Of a stretch of 64,000 nt of DNA, positions 1 to 12,400 are shown piece after piece. The notes under the pieces are model-generated. The model ran no database searches and was not told the origin of the DNA. It worked only from the letters and a program-made list of their open reading frames with translations. The number at the start of each line of letters is the position of its first letter. The stretch's first letter is position 1. The DNA lies in the NCBI RefSeq assembly GCF_902652985.1, contig NC_047021.1:16864001-16928000 (forward strand), given 5' to 3'. The position numbers and the translations under genes were made by a program. The stretch comes from Pecten maximus. Its lineage: Eukaryota.

Positions 1-330
1 GAGGGGGTTTCCCAACTAAATTGAGTGGTCAATCTGGACATGTGGATTGGTCGTCAGCTGAAAGGCCGCCAGGCCGTAATAGCGGATGTAAAACCCGTTG
101 AATAAATAAATAAATATGACATGGGGATCGACTGTGAATATTGGGATAGCACAGAGGTACAAAACACGTACATTTAATGAAAATAACAATGTTTTTACCG
201 TGATGTCCCTTTAAGTATCCTCTGTATAGCATTGATATCTAAAGTTCTAGTGGGGAGAATACCAAACTAAATCAAATTTTCAATATGATATGTTCCATGC
301 GAATCAACCTTTATACTAAAGGGATATTAC

Positions 331-455
331 CGGAAACTGCAACATCAGCAACCGCCATCTGTTGTTGTTTCGCCATGAAGCCGATGACAGAAAATATGAC
401 GAAGCCAGCAAACATACTGGTGCAGCTGTTGAGGATGGAGATGAGTACGGCGTCT
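331..455 (-). CDS. slc6a1: GAT1-like exon 7 (TM7: [41 protein letters not shown])
   Basis: aacag|A acceptor, G|gtaata donor, 125 nt. Confidence 0.92.
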
Positions 456-3400
456 CTGTTTGATAAAAGAACCGAGTTTTATGTTATTTATTACTTCATA
501 GATCGACCATAAAAAATGGAGGCAGATATAGTAGTTCTGGCTGATAATGAGACTAAATATTTATGTGTGATTCATGCTCGATGAACTAACATGCATTATA
601 TTTTTACATCGAAACAGTCCCCTCTGTGTAACTAGTCCGAGACCGAATGGTTCTCCCTGGTAGAGTGGGGAAGTCACTAGCATCCTACAAAAGTTATATA
701 TACTGCAGGACGTTCAGGTTCCGAATATATTTGGGAAGAGGTATGCCAAGTCATTGGAACCTATTCAGTAAAAACCCTCAACATTTTATATTTTTGAATC
801 AGAAACTAAACAGTCATCAATGGATATATAATCAAGTTTATGATTACCGACATCCATTATAATAAGGTAATATATGTTACACAGCTACCAACCACAACCG
901 GAGTATGAATTGGTGGATACAGGCTTAAATCTGTAATCAATTAATAAATATGTATTCCAGAAAAGACAACACCTAAATAAATACGACGTATCTGTAGGGG
1001 ATTTGATGATACAACTTGTAGGAGTAGGATTTCTCGTATAGAGCTTTTGGAGAATGTTGATTCACTGGTTGTTTTGTCGGTATTGTCAGTGAATCAATGG
1101 TTCTGTATCAACGTTAAAGGGAATGGCTAGTGTCATATTTACATATGTCATATTGACATTCAACCAACTAGTATCTAATTCCCTTTTCATTCAATTGATT
1201 TATCAACATACGTTTTGTACATGTGTACAATTGAATAATATCAGAAACACTTTAGGACAATGATGTCGCCTCAGTTGCTATCTTTAGTTACAAAAGTTCA
1301 GATAGATTTTACCGAGAAATACAGTGTCGAAAAAATGAAAAGTAGACACCTGTAATGTTTGTTCTTTCATATTTTGAAAGCAATAACAAAAAAAACATTT
1401 AAATCATATCATCAACGTTCCATTTGGAAAATTGTAGAAGAAGCTCACATGTTTATGCGTGTACTGGACGTTAAATGAACAAATACATTACACAGAGGTA
1501 GTGAATGAAATCTGTATTAGGAATTCATTGTAAATAAGAGACATTGTATCATTGAGCACTGACTTACTTGTAGACGTTGTTGTTATACTTGTTATAACTG
1601 CCCAATGCGATGAGGGAGCCCAAACCCAGGCCATAGGAGAAGAAAATCTGTGTCACGGCGTCCAACCATACCTAAAGTATCGACATTACAAATACAGGCT
1701 TCTTACGGGAAAATACTTTACATGAATAGCCGAAATCCCTTAAGTCTGAAACGTTATAGTCATAAACCGTTTCTTTTGATTGGTATTAAGAAACTGTTAA
1801 AGTCATTCGTAGTGTAGAGTCAAAAGAAATAGAAATATTCAATTTAACTCTTTTCGTATTGTAGTTCCTGTCCGGCTCATCACCGCACTTGCAAGTAAAA
1901 TGGCGGAATCTTTCTATGATTTTCAAAGACGTGTAAATTCTGCTGAAATAATGCATGTAACTGTAGTCCAATGCTTTTATCGTTTGTATCTTAGCTCAGG
2001 CATTTCCATACAAAATAAGATATGACTAAAGTCTTTACTTTATGTTCCAGACCCTTTTTTCATCTGATACTCGCCGCCATATTGTTTACGTTAGTGACGA
2101 AAGAGCGACACATATCGCCGGAGATATATACTGCGTAGTTGATCAAAACCTTATCTATCAACTAACTAAGTCACATTTGTGTGAGAATCACCTTAATATA
2201 TTTAACGTTGTTTACTAGAATATGATGATTAGAAGTTAATTAGCACTACAGTTAATTGTGATGGGACATAACATTATTTTGTCGTCTGTATACGACAACG
2301 GCGATGGGACATAACATTTTTTGTCATCTGTATACGACAACGGGGAGGAGACGTCACGTTTTGTTATCGTCTGTTTACGACAACGGTACGGAAAGAGTTC
2401 AAACGTGTTGATCACTTTATTGATTAACTGAAGACTATGTTAATCCACTAATCAAGCTAATCTATGAATAATTAATGAAATCCACTAGTAGATAAATGCT
2501 TATTCACTTACATATAAGTTATTCAATAATAACTACGTAACGTCACTGATTACTAAGTTAATACACTAATAGTAACATGAACCAACAAATATATGTACAT
2601 ATAACATCCACTAATAACTACATTATCCGATGATATTTAAGTTAATTTACCTAATGACTAAGATAATTAACTAGTAGCAACGTTAATCCACTGATACCTC
2701 AGTTAATCTACCAAAATAACGTGCATCATTTAATACATGTATATATTATCCACCAATTTCGCATATAACTAAGCTATCGACTTATAAATGCAAAGTTATC
2801 TCTTATGCTCATTACTGAAGTAAACAACGTATTGACCCAATATGATGACTTTAATTCATCCCTTACAAAATGCCAATACAACAATGCATACATAATCAAT
2901 TAAATGTTAATCAACTAATTGATCTTAGATCGACTAGGCTGACCGTCCACTAACGTCTACAATTATAATTCCCTGACAGCGTTATTCCACTATATAAATT
3001 ATGTTATATACATAAATAATCATATTATCTTCCGAATAAACAACCAAAATGTCTTCAACCACTGCGTGATTGAATAATGAACTGTTTACCCCTGATTCCG
3101 CCAGTTTCGATACATCCGGGTATATGTAATACCGGATGCCGTCCCATGCCCCCGGAAGTGTGACGCCTCTGATGAGGAGTATGGTCAACAGGATGTAAGG
3201 AAAGATTGCGGTGAAGTAAACAACCTGCAATGGATAGAATGATATGGCATTGGTCCTGTTGTATAGCTAAACAAACAAGTCCGTTAATATATTCCCAACA
3301 TTCCTTATTGCAAAATTTGAATAATTGGTTAACGTTAATTAATAGGATATTGAAAGTAAACATACACTTTACTGTTTGACTTCCAAACGCGTGTCTGTAT

Positions 3401-6400
3401 AGTCACGGACGAGCCAGTAACAGCCTTTCCCGTTCAGTTAATACCTCTCCAGATACTGCAGTACCTACCTTTTCTGTCCATCTAATACCCTTCCAGATAC
3501 TGCAATGCCTACCTTTCCTGTCCAGGTTATACCCTTCCAGATACAGAAATAACACAGCACCCAGGCAAGGAGTAGACACAGTGCCAGCTGCCAACGGACT
3601 CGTCCTGGTTCGTCAATTCCAGGGCTCACTTCCAAAACATGTCGTCTAAAAGATTCAATTGTAGTCTTCAAAATATTGCATTACATTTTCTATTATATCC
3701 TAAGGTATACTTCTTTCTGGAACTTAACACAAAAACAAAGCTGACATATGACGGTATTGTGTCGTTTCTAGAATTTTATATATGTTCTTTCAGGTTGAGT
3801 ATATTTAAATGTATATACGTAACATGTGTTATAGAGTAGTATCTACATGGTTGCCCGTATGGTTGTATGTGTATATCAAACAGATTTGATGAAACACTGC
3901 TATTATATTCTATAGAACTCATACGGGTCGGCTTTATCTTCAACCAGGATAATGTTACAGCGAAACATGTGCTTATCAAACAAAATATAACTTATTTTTA
4001 AGTCACAACGTCTGTTTTTTTGTCCTGAAGCTCCATTATACTACAAGTTATAAAAGTTACTAAATTGGACTCACTCCCAATACTCCCGAACTGGAGATGT
4101 AAATGGCATGGCGCTACAGTTGAACCCCGGATACGACATCTCCATGGCAGTAACATTCCCGCCAACCGTCGTGTTGGCTTCCGTCCAGAAAGTCCCATTC
4201 GTACAATTGTAAGAAGACCACTGGCGATCGTATTCGGATTTGCATAAGTCACTGTTCCACCAGTTGTCACAAGTGGACCAGGGAAGGATGTTCGTAAAGG
4301 AGTTAAACAGATAGTACAGTGTCCAGGCCAGAATCACAACATAGTAGATATTCAGCCAAGCGGCCATAACCGCGGCGGCATAGCCGACACCTGGAGAGGA
4401 GATATGACATTTATAAATTCGGGTATTTCGTATTTACATATTGGGTAGTAGAAAGATGACGATTAACAATGTTTAACTTGTTTCCATTTCTCAACGTGAC
4501 TTTTACTACCCCAAACTATTACCATTTATTTTACCCGTATTAGTGAGGTATTGTATCAACACTACCATTTTCGTAGCTTGGTAATTACGAGACTGATTAT
4601 ATCTCTAGCAAAAGGTAGCAAAATTTTCTTCAGGACTTTACATAATGAGCCAAAACTATTAATTCTTTTGGAAATTACAATTCATATCACGGGTGTTTTT
4701 AAGACATGCCTACCGACAATGGTATTCGCCCCTTATGAACTTGAATATAAATAACAGTTGATGTGCAAATGAATTAAACATATCTCTTAACATTTAACCA
4801 TTTCAATATACCGAAACAGCTTATTGAGAAGATGAAAACGTGGTGTGAAATGGATTTGCCATGACATTTCCTTCCCAATTACGACCATCTTGCGATATAA
4901 GTTTAAAGAAAAACTAATAAATTATAAATCTCATAAAAAAGGTAGAGTATTACCTTTGAAGATAGGAGATATCTTCCAGACACCAAGACCTCCAGTACTC
5001 TGCCATTGTCCTAGAGAGAGCTCCAAAAAGTACATAGGTATTCCGGCAAACACAGAGGTCAGGAGGTACGGGATCAGGAAGGCCCCTGGGTGTAAACGAG
5101 GGACATTTCATTGTAATATAGATCAGGAAAACACTTATCAAACTGACAAAACAACAACAATNNNNNNNNNNNNNNNNNNNNNNNNNNNNNNNNNNNNNNN
5201 NNNNNNNNNNNNNNNNNNNNNNNNNNNNNNNNNNNNNNNNNNNNNNNNNNNNNNNNNNNNNNNNNNNNNNNNNNNNNNNNNNNNNNNNNNNNNNNNNNNN
5301 CCCAAAAACTGATTGTCTGTATACTGTCTACTATAGATTGCTTTATCAGAAGTTAGATTCTCTGAAAGGTTCAGTAATCTGTCAATTTCTTAAAGATATG
5401 AAGTGTATTTTACCTCACCGAGGATATACAAGTGTACCATTACAGGAATATCAAACTACAGGTTATTAAGTCATGTTGTTTTTCAACATTCTTTGCTTGA
5501 GATACCTGCATTATAATTGATAACAACATACAAAGTAATTGTAATACATAAGTTTCATCGTCTAGTTTTGAGACTTATCATATAGAATGAACGAAATCCC
5601 TGTGTTTTATAACATTTTCTTAAATCATTGCTGGAGTGCTATATTAGATATGCGTTATATACTGAATATTTATCAGTGTTCCTTATATGTAATGAGTTAT
5701 AAAGTAAACGTAACTTCTTACATACAAATATCAATATTATATTAAAATTACTTTACTTCACCTCACTGTTAGGACGCCGCATTAACATTGCTTTTCACTT
5801 CTCAAGAAAAACGTATTTGTAACCAACCTCGCATCAGGTTTCGGGATACATTGTCATTGGCGTCGCTGCTATTGTCATTGGTGTCGCTGCTATTGTCATT
5901 GGTGTCGCTGTTATTGTCATTGGCGTCGCTACTATTGTCATTGGCGTCGCTACTATTGTCATTGGCGTCGCTGCTATTGTCATTGGTGTCGCTGTTATTG
6001 TCATTGGCGTCGCTACTATTGTCATTGGCGTCGCTACTATTGTCATTGGTGTCGCTGCTATTGTCATTGGTGTCGCTGTTATTGTCAATGGCGTCGCTGT
6101 TATTGTCATTGGTGTCGCTGCTATTGTCATTGGTGTCGCTACTATTGTCATTGGCGTCGCTACTATTGTCATTGGCGTCGCTGCTATTGTCATTGGTGTC
6201 GCTGTTATTGTCATTGGCGTCGCTACTATTGTCATTGGTGTCGCTACTATTGTCATTGGCGTCGCTACTATTGTCATTGGCGTCGCTGTTATTGTCATTG
6301 GTGTCGCTACTATTGTCATTGGTGTCGCTGTTATTGTCATTGGTGTCGCTGTTATTGTCATTGGTGTCGCTACTATTGTCATTGGTGTCGCTACTATTGT

Positions 6401-9400
6401 CATTGGCGTCGCTGCTATTGTCATTGGCGTCGCTACTATTGTCATTGGCGTCGCTACTATTGTCATTGGCGTCGCTGCTATTGTCATTGGCGTCGCTACT
6501 ATTGTCATTGGTGTCGCTACTATTGTCATTGGTGTCGCTGCTATTGTCATTGGTGTCGCTGTTATTGTCATTGGTGTCGCTGTTATTGTCATTGGTGTCG
6601 CTGCTATTGTCATTGGTGTCGCTGTTATTGTCATTGGTGTCGCTGCTATTGTCATTGGTGTCGCTGTTATTGTCATTGGTGTCGCTACTATTGTCATTGG
6701 TGTCGCTACTATTGTCATTGGTGTCGCTGCTATTGTCATTGGTGTCGCTGTTATTGTCATTGGTGTCGCTACTATTGTCATTGGTGTCGCTACTATTGTC
6801 ATTGGTGTCGCTGCTATTGTCATTGGTGTCGCTACTATTGTCATTGGTGTCGCTACTATTGTCATTGGTGTCGCTGCTTTTGTCATTGGCGTCGCTACTA
6901 TTGTCATTGGTGTCGCTGTTATTGTCATTGGTATCGCTGTTATTGTCATTATTACAGCTCCATTGTAAGAAATCAGTTCACGTGAAATTTTTCACGTGAA
7001 TTTCACATGAAAAAATTCACATAAATTTCACATGCTGTTCACATTAGTTTTACTTGAAAAAAACTAATAATCATTGTATTGATAAAAAAAGATGCTAATA
7101 TGTTATAATTTATAAAGAAGCCTTTCAAAAATATAGCAAACAAAGCAAAAAAACATCAAATAGATTCATAATGTTTTATTCAATCAATATTTAACAATAT
7201 AACAACATTTACACACCTTACTTACTTAACATCTTCTACCCTCCCTTCCATTCTCATTTTCGTTTCTCTCACAACACTGTTTTTATTTCTCTGTTTTCCT
7301 TCTTACTCTTTAACACTAGCATTTAACATGTTTCTCTATTCACCTTTCCTCTCATATTCTTATCTTCTCCCACTTCTCTTTCTCTTTCTTTTTCAACACA
7401 CCATCCATTAAATAAATCCCCCTAAAAAGTCTTGAATCCTTTTGCAATTGGCAATTTTTTTAAACAGTCCTCACTCATGGCATGTAGCATCTACTGTCAA
7501 CTGTTAATTAAATGCTAACATAAAACAATACCTGTGTTACAGGAGAAAGCACAACAGTTATAGATTTTGCAGAGTTGATGGTTTTCTTCATAGTACACAA
7601 TTCTTATGGTTCGTGTGGTTGAACTGATGTTCAGTTCCACAGACTTTAGAGATTCCAGGGCCCGAGAAGCAACACTGTACATGTAAGTCTGGGTAGAAAT
7701 CCGGATCTGCCTCCTGGGAATTTGTCAAGACATGCTGATTGCTATTCCATGATAATACCAGTTGATCTGATCAAGCCATTCTCACTCGACAAGCTGACCA
7801 CAACTCTTTCAGTCGATGATGGTCGATGAAGTTTCTTTTTAGTTTTTTTCCTTTAGGACTACAGGCTGAGGGATCAGATCTACACCTCAACACAACAAAA
7901 GTGTTTTGGCATATTGTTTTTCAGTCTGGAAAAGAATTGAAACTTTACATTATATAATTTTGGCACAAAGTGTTAAACCAATAAATCAGTATTTATTACA
8001 TACTGATTTTGTTAAAAAAGGTTTCATAAATCTTAGTAAGCAAACATTGAGACTTCAAAGAAATTGTAGAATTGAAATTACAAATTACTATTGGGATACT
8101 TGATTGACCAATAATATTGATCAAATAACAAATGGCCCAGAGGGCCTGCATTACTTACACCTGGATATTTCAGTAATCATGGCAAAATACTATCATGCAA
8201 ATTGTACTACAAATAGTTTCCTACTTTTTGAGCTGCCTCTCCTAACAATGGTTCTAACTCAAAGGTGGACTAAATCCTGTTATTCTTTAACAAGAAGGAT
8301 TTTTAATTGTTTTTATTTTTTTTAAGTTTTTTTTTTTCTTCTATTTTTACCCTATTGAGCCCCTTTTTCTGGCCCTATATAGGAGCCATACCATGTGTTT
8401 ATCATCAGATCCATTCTGGAATTCAGAAACAGTAGAGATTTAAAGGAAATATTGATGGAAGAGAATGGATAACAGACATTGCGCAAGGCGGCCCTTCAGG
8501 CAGTGCTGGTATTTAAAACACATGAGCATATTTTTCATGAGGCTTTGTCTCATCGATACCCATATATACCATTAATTAGAAAAATATTTTTGTTAAAATC
8601 AGTTAATTACACATTGTGCTTAATATGATGGTGTCAAATACAGTTTGTCTTATAATAATACAATGTGTTAATTTAGGAAAGCTATACAAACCAACAAACT
8701 GAATCATTAAAAACCATGAGACTTATCTTGTCTGGAGATATTAACCTCCTTATAATTATCATTGTGTGAATTTTGTTTTAAATATGATCTCAAGGTACAT
8801 GTATGAAGATGATAGGTCGCTGGAAAACATATAGGGTGCATACACACAACACCCGACTACTGCATGTTTATGTTTCACTGTAACATGTGACCTTTATCTT
8901 TTTGTAATTGACACAAAGACATGTACATTTGTACATGAAAAAAATACTAGAGAACGAGTCGTTTTCAATCTTAATAAATTAATATAACACGTCTTGAAGG
9001 TACCTATCATGTTAAGTGAAATCCTCTCTATTTAACATGTTTATCCTTACGCAGGGCCTTAATAAAGAATTGATAAAAAACAATCCTATCAAGTTTAAAT
9101 CACCGAGTACTTATTGAACATTCCGGTCAATTCTCTTCAGCCATCTCGCCTTTAGTAAGCCCACCAAGGCGATTTGCCTGCGAAAGGATATTCCAATTCA
9201 TCACATTTGAGGAAAACTATCAACGCGAAGACGATTAAGTTGGAATGAAGACGTGTTTTGTAGTATTTTTGAAGTATTTGTCACATTTGGTTGCGAAAGG
9301 GCTAACATTGGGAATTTAAACTATCAACGCGAAGACGATTGCATTAAAAGCCAAAACGGATCCTAAAGCAGTTTGGAATTATATTAAATCTAAATCAACA

Positions 9401-12400
9401 ACAAAGTCGGAAATCGGAGATTTGTATACAAAGACCAACGACAAAACCTCAACAAAAGTATCATCAGATATAGGGAAAGCGAATATACTCTGTAAATTCT
9501 TCAGTAGTGTATTTGTAAAGGAAGAAGATGAAGTAACTCCACAACTAAACCAACGGGAAGTTATTGAGGAAATGATAACTCTGAATATTACAAGGGAGAA
9601 AGTATTTAAACTACTGATCAACCAAAAACCGGAAAAGTCACCTGGACTGGACGAACTCCATCCAATGTTTCTCAAAAATACAGCCTCGTCATTATCAGGG
9701 CCTTTAACAACAATATTCAATCAATCACTATCAACAGGAACTCTACCAGACGATTGGAAAAAAGCCCGTGTGAGTGCTATCCATAAGAAAGGCGATAGAA
9801 GTGAAGCAGGCAACTATAGACCAGTCAGTTTAACATCAGTGGTATACAAAATTCTGGAGACATTAATAAGGGAACATTTAACCAAATTCATGAGATCTAA
9901 CAAATATTTTTCGGATAAACAATATGGGTTTATATCTGGAAGATCAACAAGTCTTCAGCTTTTGGAGGTTTTGGATATATGGACAGAAGCTCTGGATAAA
10001 GGACAGGTTGTAGATTGTATTTACATGGATTACCAGAAGGCATTCGATACAGTTCCACACAATAGACTCCTCAATAAACTAAATTCATACAACTTCTCCA
10101 ACCAAATAATCTCTTGGATAGCAAAATTCTTAAAAGGTAGACAATAAAAAGTAACTGTGAATGGTGCAGACTCTGACTGGACTGAAGTCACATCAGGAAT
10201 TCCTCAAGGCTCAGTTCTAGGACCATTAATGTTTGTCATCTTTGTAAATGACCTCCCTGAAACAGTTCAATCGGATATGTACCTTTTTGCAGACGACACC
10301 AAAGTATTCAAAATAATAAAAAGCGAGCACGACAGTGCAGAGCTTCAAAAGGATCTGGACACAATGTGTAAGTGGAGTGGTACATGGCTACTTAAGATGC
10401 ACCCAGACAAATGCAAACAGATGAGAATAGGCAAGGGAAAAGGAAGAGGACATGATGAACCCGAACCGGACTACCATCTCAACGGGAAATACCTGCAGAA
10501 AACCAAACAAGAGAAGGACATAGGAGTAATCATCGACTCCGAGCTTTCGTTTGACGAACATATATCTGAAAAAGTTAAGAAAGCGAACTCTATGTTTGCA
10601 CTCATCAGAAGGACTTTCCAGTTTATGAACACCAGGTCTTTTATCCCATTATATAAATGTCTGGTAAGATCCCAACTGGACTACGCTAGTCCTGTGTGGG
10701 CACCTCACTTACCAAAACACATCGACAAGATAGAAGGGGTTCAAAGAAGAGCAACCAAGTGTCTCCCGGGAATGAAGGAATTTATGGGGCGCCGTTTTAC
10801 TTTTTATTCCCATTTGGTGATATCACCTATTCAATCAGTGATATCACCTATTCGAATAGGTGATATCACCAATTCATTTTTCAAATAAGTGATATCACCT
10901 ATTCGAATAGGTGATATCACTTAATGAAACGAATAGGTGATATCACTTATTCGAATAGGTGATATCACTCATTCGAATAGGTGATATCACCAATTGGAAT
11001 AGGTGATATCACTTAAAAATATTCTAAAGTGATATCACCTATTTGAATAGGTGATATCACTTATAAAATTCTTAAGTGATATCATCTATTCGAATGAGTG
11101 ATATCACCTATATGAATAGGTGATATCACTTATGAAATTTTTTAAGTGATATCACCTATTCGAATGAGTGATATCACCTATTCAATCAGTGATATCACCT
11201 ATTCGAATAGGTGATATCACCAATTCATTTTTCAAATAAGTGATATCACCTATTCGTTTCATTAAGTGATATCACCTATTCGAATGAGTGATATCACCTA
11301 TTCGAATTGGTGATATCACCTATTCGTTTCAATAAGTGATATCACCTATTCGAATGGGTGATATCACTCATTTGAATAGGTGATATCACCAAATGGGAAT
11401 AAATAGTAAAACGGCGCCCCATAGGAATTGACCTACAGCGAGAGGCTGGAAAAACTCAAGCTACCAACTTTGGCATTCAGAAGAATTAGAGGAGATATGA
11501 TAGAACTGTACAAAATAATAAGCGAAATCTATGATAAAGAATGTTTTAATGGTATCATTTTATGGAAGGATGCTGCTGAACGCAACAGTACCAGAGGACA
11601 TACCAAAAAAATATTCCCTAGACTATCCACAAATACGCTAAGAAAAAACTACTTTTCAAACAGAACAGTGTCAATCTGGAATGAATTGCCCGAACAGGTT
11701 ATATCAGCATTAAATGTAAACTCCTTCAAAAACAAGCTAGACGATCACTGGAAAAACCAAAAACTTTTCTTTAATTACAAAGCATCAAGTAAATCATAAA
11801 CAATGTACAGTAGACCGGACAGAAGTACTATATCAATCTCATGTATTATTTTGAGTCTGGTATAGAGGACTTTAAAAGTCCTGAACCAGAAATAAACTTA
11901 TCTTATCTTATCTTATCTTAAACGTGTCAGGTAGGACTGTCGTCTGGTTTTGTAGATCTCGGGCCGGGCCGGCCAGTTGTCAAACTCGCCTAACATCGAT
12001 ATTAAAAGACCGTATTCTAGATTTTGGATGAACAAACATGTGTATTTACATAAAAACCTACCAATTATAAAATAGTCCGGCTGCAACTGACGAAAAATCC
12101 TCTTCTGTGCATTAAAATACCCGCAACGCAGCAGCGCGTTGTTTACACTTTTTCCGAGGTCGTAGTCCAGTAGTTTAATCGACGTAACGTTAGTCCGGAA
12201 ATTATTATAAAAATCAAACCTTTTATTTTATTTTCGGCTGTTGTTATCATAACACTTTTTTCGTCGCTAAAATAAGAACTGTAAATTAAATTTAAAAAAA
12301 TGATAATATATAATTTACTATATTTCTATGCTGGTTTAAATAAAATAAAAGCTGAAATATGTTTGTGGAACAAATCTTCACTCCTTTTTAATTTTTATGT

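Noticed and set aside
5788-6999. 403-aa leucine-heptad ORF (+) and 371-aa TPMTIAA ORF (-)
   Set aside because: Both arise from a stop-free 21-bp intronic minisatellite; there is no unique coding flank or splice support.
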